Below are positions 1-8,586 of a DNA stretch of 44,184 nucleotides, in pieces. Position 1 is the first letter of the stretch; the number at the start of each line of letters is the position of its first letter. Both the position numbers and the translations under genes were made by a program. Source of the DNA: a virus. Lineage: Duplodnaviria > Caudoviricetes. Location of the stretch: IMG/VR virus record IMGVR_UViG_3300049167_000131, positions 1 through 44,184 of that record; one strand, written 5' to 3'. The notes below the pieces were generated by a model. It did not search any database. It was not told the origin of the DNA and worked only from the letters and a program-made list of their open reading frames with translations.

Positions 1-72
1 CCACTAAGATTGGCTTTAACTGCGAGCCTTCTCGACCTCCCGGTCGCACGTGGCGACCTGAAACAGCGGGAG

Positions 73-127
73 AGGTCCTGGATGCCCCGCGTGGATTCGA
101 ACCACGATAAACGGATTCAGAGTCCGT
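73..127 (+). repeat. att direct repeat, left copy (duplicated 3' two-thirds of tRNA-Gln plus 6 bp)
   Basis: AGGTCCTGGATGCCCCGCGTGGATTCGAACCACGATAAACGGATTCAGAGTCCGT is identical to 42944..42998. Confidence 0.96.
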
Positions 128-170
128 CACGAGGGCGCAGAAATCTGCAGCGCTCGGCACCCATGTTGCA

Positions 171-503
171 TCAGTGTTGCATTGAGGGCCAATCGTCCAC
201 GAGCGCTGGATCGATCGACCCCGCGCTAGCAAGCGCCCTCCGATACTCCGGAATGTCCATGAAGGTGGCGTGCAGCTCGCGCGCGTTGATGCCGCCCACG
301 ACCGTCATGTGCACGAACTGGAGCATCAGCATGTTGACCCGCTCAGCATCGCTGGCTGCCAAGAATTCGGCGTCGCAGGCACCCCACGAGGCGCTATAAC
401 GGCGGTCGTCTTCCTTCTTATGCAGGCAGAGCCTGGCCGGCGGGTGCCCTTCCGGGTCGTCGTGGTCCCAGATGATCTGGGTCTTGCTCAGCGGGTAATC
501 CAA
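171..503 (-). CDS. Hypothetical protein between integrase and att
   Basis: 110-aa ORF with TTG start preceded by GGGAG; co-oriented directly downstream of int. Confidence 0.6.
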   Translation of the reverse strand: MDYPLSKTQIIWDHDDPEGHPPARLCLHKKEDDRRYSASWGACDAEFLAASDAERVNMLMLQFVHMTVVGGINARELHATFMDIPEYRRALASAGSIDPALVDDWPSMQH

Positions 504-528
504 ATGTCGTCTCCCAATAGGTGCCGCC

Positions 529-1725
529 TCATGCAGCAGCTTCTTCGCTCGTGCCCATCACGCTCGCCTCGAGCGACGCCATGGTCGTTGCGTCGTCCTC
601 GATAGCTGCAAACAGGTGGCCGTAGGTGTCGAACGTCAGCTGGATCGAGTGATGGCCCATCCAGGTCTGCACCTTCTTCGGTGGTATCCGCTGCTCGATC
701 CAAAGAGAGGCCGCGGCGTGCCGGAAGTCGTGGAGGCTGTAGAGCCCTTCTATGATCGGTTTACCGTCGTCATCAGTGACTGGCTTGCCGCCGATCGTCT
801 TTTGCCGGCAAACGCCGGCGGCGATCTGCAGCGGTTCCTGAAAGCGAACCACGAGGTTCGCGTGAAAGATTGGGCTCCCGGCCTCGCTTGGAAAGACCAA
901 GTCGAGCGCAGAGGGCGGACAGCGGAGCTTCCACTTGCGCAGCTCAGCCACGACCAGTGGCGGAACCGAGATGGTGCGAAAGCCGCTCGCAGACTTTGGC
1001 GGGCCGATGTGGTTCCGGAAGTCAGCGCGCTGATCGACCGTCAATGTGCCTTTGCGGAGGTCCACGTTCCGCCAAGGCAGCGCCCGCACTTCCGAGGCGC
1101 GGAGGCCAGCGAACAGCAACACAAGCAACAGCGGTTTGTCGATCGGCTTTGCGCCGTCCGCGGCGGTCGCCTTGATCAGCAGCCGCATGTGCTCCTTGCT
1201 CGGTGGGGTGGCGATTTTCTTGTCACGGCCTGATCGCTTTACGGTCACGCCCTGCGCGACGTTCTGGGCCACGTAGCCCACCCGCTGCGCCTCTTTCAGG
1301 ATCGAAGTGAGCGAGCGGAGCACGCGCTTCGCCATGGCCCGGGAGCGACCGTTATCGAGCAGCCAGTCGCGATATTCCTCGATTGCTGGCTTCGTGAGTT
1401 GGTTCAGCCGCTTCGCCCCTATCTGCGGGCAAATGTGCAGCGCGACGTGCTGGCCATAAGCGTCCAGTGTCGATTGCTCGAGATCCTCTCGCCGGCCGCG
1501 CGCCAGCCACAGTTCGGCCGCCCGCTCGACGGTGATGCTCTGACTATCCGCGGTATGCGTGCCCTGACGGACCTCCCAGCCAGCTTGGGACTCGAACGCA
1601 TCAGCGTCCTTCTTGCGGGCGAACTGCTTAGCGCGGCGCCGTCCTCCGCTATCACGGTAGTCGACCAGCCAGGCGGCTTTCTGCTCACCCTTCGGTGTCG
1701 TCCATTCACGCTTCCGGATCGACAT
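529..1725 (-). CDS. int: Tyrosine recombinase (phage integrase)
   Basis: Catalytic motifs GLRASE (R), PPKS (K), HDFRH (HxxR), MGH and TYGH (Y); N-terminal arm-binding-like region; start taken at MSIRKREW. Confidence 0.95.
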   Translation of the reverse strand: MSIRKREWTTPKGEQKAAWLVDYRDSGGRRRAKQFARKKDADAFESQAGWEVRQGTHTADSQSITVERAAELWLARGRREDLEQSTLDAYGQHVALHICPQIGAKRLNQLTKPAIEEYRDWLLDNGRSRAMAKRVLRSLTSILKEAQRVGYVAQNVAQGVTVKRSGRDKKIATPPSKEHMRLLIKATAADGAKPIDKPLLLVLLFAGLRASEVRALPWRNVDLRKGTLTVDQRADFRNHIGPPKSASGFRTISVPPLVVAELRKWKLRCPPSALDLVFPSEAGSPIFHANLVVRFQEPLQIAAGVCRQKTIGGKPVTDDDGKPIIEGLYSLHDFRHAAASLWIEQRIPPKKVQTWMGHHSIQLTFDTYGHLFAAIEDDATTMASLEASVMGTSEEAAA

Positions 1726-2461
1726 AACTGGCTTCCTCTGCATCCTCATCAGCGAGCTTGCGGACCGCCTCCATGAATTCGTCCTCTGTCACGCCCGCCT
1801 TTCGTGCCAGTTTCCGCCGGATCGCTAGTGCCGCAGGCCGAGTCACTTCACCGCCTTCACCCCAGGATGAAACAGCACGTATGAAGTTGACGAACTCCTC
1901 CGAAATTCCAGACTCCGACGCCGGTAAGAGAATTATTCCGGTGTAAATCACCACCTTTGTCAGGTTGACCAAGGCCATCCGCTCGTAACCACGCCTTTTA
2001 CTTTGTAGCAGGTTCTGGACGTCGGCGATGGCTCCATAAAAGAACGACTCGGTAGGATCGAGATGCCCCTGTAACTCGCTCTCCTTTCTCAACGACGCCA
2101 ATGGGGAAGGGTCGAAATACAAGTATATGCTTCGACCTTCGGCCGCGCGTTCCTCGTGCGCAGCCAACCATTCGTTGGCCGCTTGGCGGGCAGCCATTCG
2201 CACGACGACGTCATTCTCTGTAAGCATCTTTACAGCTAAATCAGGCGGGATGCCAAGCTGGGTTACTTCCAAAGCTAGTGCCATCTGCAAAGCCAGCCCT
2301 TCGTCGTATAGACTAGGCTTACCTTTCGAAGAGCTGCGATCAGGTGGATAGTTTAGCTTGTGGAAGTTCTTCAATCGGGCCTGGAAAGCCGTTCGCTTGT
2401 CATCAGCAATCTGATGCCAGTGCGCCAAGCTAGACTCCAGTTGTGCGAAAGTCCAAGTCAC
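1706..2461 (-). CDS. Putative repressor/regulator, non-CI type
   Basis: 251 aa; overlaps the int start; divergent from the xis-like gene across palindromic repeats; no recognisable S24 peptidase domain; function inferred from position. Confidence 0.5.
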   Translation of the reverse strand: MTWTFAQLESSLAHWHQIADDKRTAFQARLKNFHKLNYPPDRSSSKGKPSLYDEGLALQMALALEVTQLGIPPDLAVKMLTENDVVVRMAARQAANEWLAAHEERAAEGRSIYLYFDPSPLASLRKESELQGHLDPTESFFYGAIADVQNLLQSKRRGYERMALVNLTKVVIYTGIILLPASESGISEEFVNFIRAVSSWGEGGEVTRPAALAIRRKLARKAGVTEDEFMEAVRKLADEDAEEASYVDPEA

Positions 2462-2489
2462 TTAAAGGTCAATTCCTTCTTTTCCCGAA

Positions 2490-2575
2490 CCTGAGAAAGT
2501 TTGCGCAGGCCCTTGCGCCGCAACGACATCGGTGGCATCCATCCTGAGAAAGCTTCCTTAGGAGGTTTTCACAGG
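2490..2575. promoter_or_regulatory. Three 20-bp imperfect palindromes (CCT-N14-AGG), putative operators
   Basis: CCTGAGAAAGTTTGCGCAGG (2490-2509), CCTGAGAAAGCTTCCTTAGG (2543-2562), CCTTAGGAGGTTTTCACAGG (2556-2575) in the divergent intergenic region. Confidence 0.65.
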
Positions 2576-2598
2576 TAATAAACGGAAAAGGATGCAAC

Positions 2599-2781
2599 AT
2601 GCAACCCCTTTCAGAGGACTTGCTCGAAGGCGCGGCGGCTGCCGCAGGGTTCATCGGGATCAAGGCTCGAACTGTGTATCGAATGACCGAGAGCGGCGAG
2701 CTTCCGGTCATCCGCAAGGGTCGAAAACTCTTCTATCGAAAGAGCGACCTCGAGCGAGCCTTCCAGGTTGCGGCGTCATGA
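2599..2781 (+). CDS. Excisionase-like helix-turn-helix protein
   Basis: 60 aa; ARTVYRMTESGELPVIRKGRKLFYRKSDLE pattern typical of HTH_17/Xis-like proteins. Confidence 0.8.
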   Translation: MQPLSEDLLEGAAAAAGFIGIKARTVYRMTESGELPVIRKGRKLFYRKSDLERAFQVAAS

Positions 2782-2933
2782 CCTTACGGCCCGACATCGA
2801 CAAAACCAGGCAGGCAATCGCCCGCTTGGTTGGCTCGCTCACCAGTGACCCAAGTGAGCAGGCTTCGATTATCCAAACAGCGTCGCAAGAGGCGATTGAG
2901 CTTTTGTGGCGTGAGCGCCCAGATGAAAACTGA
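2778..2933 (+). CDS. Small hypothetical protein (51 aa)
   Basis: ATGA overlap with the previous stop and overlap with the next start (MTLRPDIDK...RPDEN). Confidence 0.55.
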   Translation: MTLRPDIDKTRQAIARLVGSLTSDPSEQASIIQTASQEAIELLWRERPDEN

Positions 2934-3423
2934 GCCGCCCCCCAACGTCAGTCTCTGGATGCCGCTCTACCTGGAACGGCACCGAGCTGCGACCAGCACT
3001 ATGTCGCATATTGAGCACAGCGCGTTCGTCTACCTCAGCATCCTGCTGTGGGAGAACGATGGGCGCCTTCGTGACAACGGTAAGTGGCTCTCGCGAAATC
3101 TCCGGCTCAGCTCAAAGCAATGGCAGGAGGCGCGGGACGCGGTCCTTCAGCATTTCACTGCAGCAGGTGGGTTCATTACCGCACCCGACATGATCGCCGA
3201 GATCGATCGTCGCAAAGGTGTGGTCGAGAAACGTCGGGCTGCAGGCAAGGCCTCTGCTGCGGCTCGTGCCAATCAGCAAACGTCCAACACATGTTCAGCA
3301 GGAGTTGAACAAAATGGCAACGATGCGCGTCTTAACTCTAACCTCTACCAAGTCGGTAGTGACCTAGAGGAGAGGTTAGAGAGCGATAGATCCTTTCGTG
3401 TGATCGATGGGAGCGGCCGATGA
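2923..3423 (+). CDS. YdaU/DUF1376-like replication protein
   Basis: WMPLY...TSTMSHIEHSAFVYLSILLWE...; KRRAAGKASAAAR motif typical of this family. Confidence 0.75.
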   Translation: MKTEPPPNVSLWMPLYLERHRAATSTMSHIEHSAFVYLSILLWENDGRLRDNGKWLSRNLRLSSKQWQEARDAVLQHFTAAGGFITAPDMIAEIDRRKGVVEKRRAAGKASAAARANQQTSNTCSAGVEQNGNDARLNSNLYQVGSDLEERLESDRSFRVIDGSGR

Positions 3424-4931
3424 GCGCTGTTCCCCTGTTCGCGCACGATGCCTTCGAAGCCCGCCCGCTGCGAGATCACCAGCGGCTTGCCATGTCCATG
3501 CTCAGAACTTCTTACCTGGCAGGGCGCAGGCGCACGGTGCTGGAGCTACCAACGGGTGCAGGCAAGACCAGGATCGCGGCAGAGATTGTCAATGGCGCTC
3601 TGATCCGAGGGAAGCGTGTCTGCTTCACCGTTCCCGCGATCAGCTTGGTCGACCAGACTCTAGAGGCATTCGAGAACGAAGGCATCTACGACCTAGGGGT
3701 TCTTCAGGCCAATCATCCGCGGACCCACTACGGCGCGGCCGTCCAGATCGCTTCTGTACAGACGATCGCACGGCGCTTCATTCCCGAAGCCGACATCGTG
3801 GTCGTGGACGAATGCCATCTGCGCTTCGATGTGATCCGGAACTGGATGCGGGATTGCCCCGACACGCTGTTCATCGGCCTGTCCGCTACGCCCTGGGCAC
3901 GCGGTATGGCCGAACAGTGGGACGACCTGGTGATCCCTGTGCGGATGCAGGAGCTTATCGGCGCCGGCTACCTTTCGCCTTTCCGTGTGTTCGCGCCGTC
4001 GCACCCGGATCTGTCCAGCGTAAAAACCGTGAAGGGCGATTACGATGAAGGGCAGCTCGCCGAGGTCATGGGCGATAGTCGCTTGGTTGCCGATGTGGTC
4101 GACACATGGCTGAGGCGAGGTCGAGGGCGGCCGACGTTAGTGTTCGCGGTGAACCTGGCCCATGCGCGTCAGATCCAGGACAAGTTCGAAGCTGCGGGCA
4201 TTGCCATGGGCTACTGCGATGCCCGGGTCGATCTGATCGAGCGCAAGCTGCTGTTTGCTCGTCTGGCCCGTGGTGAGATCGCCGGGATCGTCAACGTGGG
4301 CACGCTGACAACTGGCGTGGACGCCGACATCCGCTGCATCGTAATGGCGCGGCCTACGAAGTCCGAAATGCTGTTCGTCCAGTGCATTGGGCGCGGTCTG
4401 CGCACCGCACCCGGTAAAGACGATTGCTTGATCCTCGATCATGCCGATAATCACGCGCGGCTGGGTTTCGTCACAGACATTCGTCACGACCGCCTGCTCA
4501 GCAATGGCGATAAGCGGCCTGCAACCCGTAAAGAACGCGACGAACCCATGCCGCGAGAGTGCAAGGGGTGCGGCGTGCTCAAGCCGCCGATGGTGTCGGT
4601 TTGCCCGTCATGCGGCTTTAAGCCTGAGCGACAGTGCGACATTGAGGCCGAGGAAGGCGAGCTCGTCGAATGGAAGCCCGGCCGCAAGCGCTTCACACGC
4701 GTTGAGAAGCAGGAATTCTGGTCAATGGCGTTGTTCGTGGATCGCGAACGGCAGAAGGGCCGAAAGTTCGCCAAAGCGCTTTATAGGGCCAAGTTTGGCG
4801 TATGGCCCGTCGATCTGATCCACATCGAAAAGAAGCCCACGCCTGAGTTCAAGTCCTACGAAAAGTCCCGGCGAATTGCATACGCCGCTGGGCTGAAAGC
4901 TAGTCCCTCTGCGCGGAGGGCAGCATCGTGA
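3420..4931 (+). CDS. SF2 DEAD/DEAH-box helicase with C-terminal Zn ribbon
   Basis: PTGAGKT Walker A, DECH Walker B, SAT motif III, QCIGRGLR motif VI, CxxC...CxxC. Confidence 0.92.
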   Translation: MSAVPLFAHDAFEARPLRDHQRLAMSMLRTSYLAGRRRTVLELPTGAGKTRIAAEIVNGALIRGKRVCFTVPAISLVDQTLEAFENEGIYDLGVLQANHPRTHYGAAVQIASVQTIARRFIPEADIVVVDECHLRFDVIRNWMRDCPDTLFIGLSATPWARGMAEQWDDLVIPVRMQELIGAGYLSPFRVFAPSHPDLSSVKTVKGDYDEGQLAEVMGDSRLVADVVDTWLRRGRGRPTLVFAVNLAHARQIQDKFEAAGIAMGYCDARVDLIERKLLFARLARGEIAGIVNVGTLTTGVDADIRCIVMARPTKSEMLFVQCIGRGLRTAPGKDDCLILDHADNHARLGFVTDIRHDRLLSNGDKRPATRKERDEPMPRECKGCGVLKPPMVSVCPSCGFKPERQCDIEAEEGELVEWKPGRKRFTRVEKQEFWSMALFVDRERQKGRKFAKALYRAKFGVWPVDLIHIEKKPTPEFKSYEKSRRIAYAAGLKASPSARRAAS

Positions 4932-5854
4932 GGCGCAAGACCATCGACGCCGCACGCGGCAAATGGCGCGGCGTGCTTATGTCACTAGGGCTCGAGGACC
5001 GCTTTCTGACGGGCAAGCACGGCCCCTGCCCCATGTGCGGCGGCACCGATCGCTTCCGGTGGGACAATCAGCACGGCAATGGCGGCTTCATCTGCAACCA
5101 GTGCGGCGCCGGTAACGGCTTTGATCTGCTAATGGGTGTCAATGGCTGGGACTTCGCCACCGCGGCGAGAGAGATCGACGCGGTAGTCGGGAACGTCGAA
5201 GTTGAAGCCACAAGGCGCCAGGTAGACGAAGGGGTGCAACGGCGGCTGCTGAATGACCTCTGGCAAGGGGCCATGCCGCTCGTCTTAGGAGATCCAGCCT
5301 TTCGCTACCTGTCTGGTAGAGGGGCGATCCCAGCCACTTTGCCCAACTGCCTCCGATACACGCCGCGATGTCCGTCACCCGATGGAGCCTTCCGGCCCGC
5401 TCTTTTGGCGATGGTGATGTCGGCTGAGAACGAGCCCCTCAGCATCCACCGCACATTCCTTGGGCCGAACGGGAAAGCGGACATGGACGACCCCCGTGCG
5501 ATGATGCCCGGGAAGCTAAAGGAAGGCGCCGCAGTGCGCCTATCTGCGGTCCATGGTGAGCGCCTGGGTATCGCCGAGGGCATCGAGACGGCCTTTGCGG
5601 CTGCACATCGGTTCAGCGTCCCGGTCTGGAGCGCGATCAATGCGACCATGCTCGAGAAATGGGCGCCTCCATCGACCGTCCAAGAAGTCCTGATCTTCGG
5701 CGACAACGATCCGAAGTTCGGAGGGCAGGCAGCGGCCTACAGGCTTGCCAGTAGGCTCGCAGGCCGATTGGGCCTGCGCGTCCAGGTTCACATTCCCCCA
5801 GAGGTTGGCTGCGACTGGGCCGATATTGTTCAAGCGCAGCGGGAGCCTGGTTGA
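4928..5854 (+). CDS. Primase (P4-alpha-like Zn-binding domain plus TOPRIM)
   Basis: HGPCPMCGGTDRF...CNQC Zn finger; IAEGIETA and FGDND TOPRIM motifs. Confidence 0.88.
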   Translation: MRRKTIDAARGKWRGVLMSLGLEDRFLTGKHGPCPMCGGTDRFRWDNQHGNGGFICNQCGAGNGFDLLMGVNGWDFATAAREIDAVVGNVEVEATRRQVDEGVQRRLLNDLWQGAMPLVLGDPAFRYLSGRGAIPATLPNCLRYTPRCPSPDGAFRPALLAMVMSAENEPLSIHRTFLGPNGKADMDDPRAMMPGKLKEGAAVRLSAVHGERLGIAEGIETAFAAAHRFSVPVWSAINATMLEKWAPPSTVQEVLIFGDNDPKFGGQAAAYRLASRLAGRLGLRVQVHIPPEVGCDWADIVQAQREPG

Positions 5855-6474
5855 TGAAGTGGTGTATTCTCCAAATGGCCGGCCCGCGTACCCTGTCGGT
5901 AGTTCGATCACTTTGCGAGGCCGGGTTCGAAGTTTGGACACCAACGGCCTTGCGACGGCGGCGCCTCCCTCGCTCGACCAAGTATAAGGACATCAGTGCG
6001 GCAGTTTTTCCGACTTACGCGTTTGCGGCGGCTTGGCACTTGCAGGATCTACTTCGCCTTCAGCATGCGTCTGTGAGTGTTCACCCCGCCTTCCGGCTCA
6101 TGCCACTCGGCGAAGGCGTTGCGCAGGTGTCAGATGCCAGCCTCCAGCCACTTCGGGATCACGAGGCTCAGTTGGCCGTGGAGTGGCAGGAGTTCCTTCA
6201 GCAGGAGGAGAGAGCCGCCAAAGAACGAGCGCGCCGGAAAAAGTCGAAACGGCCTGCTGGGCGAGCAAATCGGAGCCGTGCATATGTGCTGGGTCAACGT
6301 GTTCGTGTGTTGGATCCCGCATTCGGAGGGCTTACCGCTACAGTCCACAAGATCGGACGGAAAGAGTTGGCGATCGTCTTCGACGACAAAGGCTTCGAAT
6401 TGAAGATCGAAGCTTGCGACATCGAGCCATTTGCGGTATCAGCGCCGTTGTCTGAAGTGACGAAGGCCGCATAA
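5854..6474 (+). CDS. NusG/RfaH-family transcription antitermination factor
   Basis: NGN-like N-terminus (WCIL...GFEVWTP...VFPTYAF) and C-terminal KOW motif (GQRVRVLDPAFGGLTATV). Confidence 0.8.
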   Translation: MKWCILQMAGPRTLSVVRSLCEAGFEVWTPTALRRRRLPRSTKYKDISAAVFPTYAFAAAWHLQDLLRLQHASVSVHPAFRLMPLGEGVAQVSDASLQPLRDHEAQLAVEWQEFLQQEERAAKERARRKKSKRPAGRANRSRAYVLGQRVRVLDPAFGGLTATVHKIGRKELAIVFDDKGFELKIEACDIEPFAVSAPLSEVTKAA

Positions 6475-6720
6475 CGGCCAAGGCGAGAGGCAGAGCCGGC
6501 CCAATTGGGCGTAGCCACCCTCGCCACCAACTGGAGAAGCCGCGCTTCCCGGGGGTCTGCTACCGCAATGCGCTGAGGCACCTTGATCGACAGATTCGGC
6601 GCGAACCCGTCAAGCATCGTAAGGCGAAGTTCCACCCCGTCCGCTTCGTCAAAACACACCACGCACCAGATGGTTCGGCAAATATGCCTTCCCGTTGGAC
6701 CGTGATGAGACGGCATATCG

Positions 6721-7455
6721 CTAAGGTAAGTATGTTAAAAATGGCGAAATCGTTTCTTCCGCTTTACCAAGCCACCGGGCTCCCATGTTCCAAATCTTGT
6801 CAATGGTCTCAAACCTGCCCTTCCATTCTTCCATACGTTGGAATAGGGCGGTCATCTTTTTCTGAGACTTCTGCGTAGTGTCTGTTTGCGCTCGCCGAAG
6901 TCGGATAATCATTTCGAAGTAAGTGGCCATGGCCGCCTCTAGGCCAAATATTGGCAAATGACGGAGCAAAGTAGAGAGAGCACCTAAGTGCCTCCTCGCA
7001 ATCGAGCGGACTACAGGGTCGATATCTTCATCATCGAACTGGGTGATAAGGGCTTCAACCTCTTCGGCCAGAGCGACGGCTTCGTCCGGCACCTTTATGT
7101 CAGTTTCGATTTTGCTGGCGCTTAGCAGGATCACAAAGTTGGATATCGCGCCTGACACGCTTCCGAGGTATTGCGTGGGTGAACTATGGATCCCGCTAAG
7201 CGAAAAGGTGGTTTTCAGAGCCTGAAGTGTCTGAAGAACCCCCTCCTTTGCTTCAACAACAAGATTGCTTTCGTTGATAACAACAGTAGCATTGTCAATC
7301 TGCTCCATAACAAATGAAGCAGACTTCAAAATTAGAGCCTCGTTTGACCTTTTTCCGGTCCACTTTTGCAGCAATTCCAGGGTGCTTTCATGCGAGTTGC
7401 CCGCCTTGATCAGGCGCAGGATTCCCAAGACGTTCGAAAGACTTTGATGATCCAT
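6721..7455 (-). CDS. Hypothetical moron protein (244 aa)
   Basis: Opposite strand to the late genes, visibly more AT-rich; GGGAGAG RBS before MDHQSL. Confidence 0.75.
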   Translation of the reverse strand: MDHQSLSNVLGILRLIKAGNSHESTLELLQKWTGKRSNEALILKSASFVMEQIDNATVVINESNLVVEAKEGVLQTLQALKTTFSLSGIHSSPTQYLGSVSGAISNFVILLSASKIETDIKVPDEAVALAEEVEALITQFDDEDIDPVVRSIARRHLGALSTLLRHLPIFGLEAAMATYFEMIIRLRRAQTDTTQKSQKKMTALFQRMEEWKGRFETIDKIWNMGARWLGKAEETISPFLTYLP

Positions 7456-7631
7456 GTTCTCTCCCGCCACACCTTGGGCTACCGCCAACGTGATGGTCGC
7501 TGATATGGCAATTGGCCTTCCAGCTCTAGCCACCGCCGCAAAAGGCGATCTACGGCCCGATGGTCAGTGGCTGGCTAAGGTCTTCAAGTAGCCATCAAAG
7601 CCCCGCGTCGTTCGCTGGTGACACTGTTCTG

Positions 7632-7916
7632 ATGGGCCGAATGTCCTCGGTGGGTACGCGCATCCGCGGCCGCAAAGGCCAGGAGCTGAGGAAGCGCCGG
7701 CTCGCGCGCACCAACTACCTATGCGGGCACTGCCGGGCCAAGGGCATCGTCCGCACCGCGACCGTCGTGAACCACAAAATCCCACTGGCGCACGGTGGCC
7801 CAGACACGGACGAGAACACCGAGAACTTGTGCGCCGACTGCGACAAGGTCGAGACCGCCAAGGTGTTCGGCCATCGCGTGCGCACATCGATAGGGAACGA
7901 CGGATGGCCCGCCTGA
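7632..7916 (+). CDS. HNH endonuclease (packaging-associated, HK97 gp74-like)
   Basis: LCGHC...VNHKIPLAHGGPD...NTENLCADC; located upstream of terS; start uncertain. Confidence 0.85.
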   Translation: MGRMSSVGTRIRGRKGQELRKRRLARTNYLCGHCRAKGIVRTATVVNHKIPLAHGGPDTDENTENLCADCDKVETAKVFGHRVRTSIGNDGWPA

Positions 7917-8091
7917 ACAACATGATCGATCTACCAATGAGCGAAGCTGTTCGCAGCCTGACGCTGCAGATCCGGATGACGGGGTGCAGGTAGCCGCGGT
8001 TCGCATGTGGCTGGGCCGCCAAGTGCTGAAGCTCGCCGCCTTCGTCATCGGGTGCGGCATCGAGATCGAGGTCGACCCCGCCCGTTCATAG
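7904..8091 (+). pseudogene. Small phage gene split by a 1-bp frameshift in a G run
   Basis: MARLNNMIDLPM...IRMTG stops at 7993; one extra G at 7981-7984 gives VQVAAVRMWLGRQVLKLAAFVIGCGIEIEVDPARS* ending at 8091. Confidence 0.55.
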
Positions 8092-8187
8092 GGTGGGGGG
8101 TATTCCTGAATGGGAAGCGCGATCAACGGACACCGCTGCGGTTCCAACATTTTTGCAATTGCAGATTGAAGTCTGGAGAGTTCCATT

Positions 8188-8586
8188 ATGGCGACGCGAG
8201 GAGCGAAGCCGAAACCCGCGCATCTTCGGATCGTGGACGGCACCACCAACGTCACCCGCCACGGGCCTGAAACCAGGGCGCGCAAGGCAGTAGAGAAGGC
8301 CAGCAGCGAGTTCGGCAAGCCGGTCATGCCACAAGGCATGAAGGGCGACGCGGCCAAGGCGTGGAAGCGTTACATCGCGCCAGCCTTCTGGCTGGACGCT
8401 GGTCGAGAGCCCGCGGCGATCGCCTTCTGCGAATTGTGGTCGGAGTTCCGGTTCAACACGACCGGGTTCCCGGCTTCGAAACATGGCCAGATGCGCGCCT
8501 ACATGAGCGAGCTCGGCCTGACCGACGAACGGAACCGGGTGGCGGATGGCAAGAACGAAGAGCCCGACGAGTTCTTCGGCGACTGA
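8188..8586 (+). CDS. terS: Terminase small subunit
   Basis: MATRGAKPKP...ELGLT...DEFF pattern; GGAGAG RBS; lies between HNH and terL. Confidence 0.8.
   Translation: MATRGAKPKPAHLRIVDGTTNVTRHGPETRARKAVEKASSEFGKPVMPQGMKGDAAKAWKRYIAPAFWLDAGREPAAIAFCELWSEFRFNTTGFPASKHGQMRAYMSELGLTDERNRVADGKNEEPDEFFGD

Noticed and set aside
79-127. Second tRNA gene at the left end
   Set aside because: Only the 3' portion is present (no D arm or 5' acceptor strand); it is the att duplication
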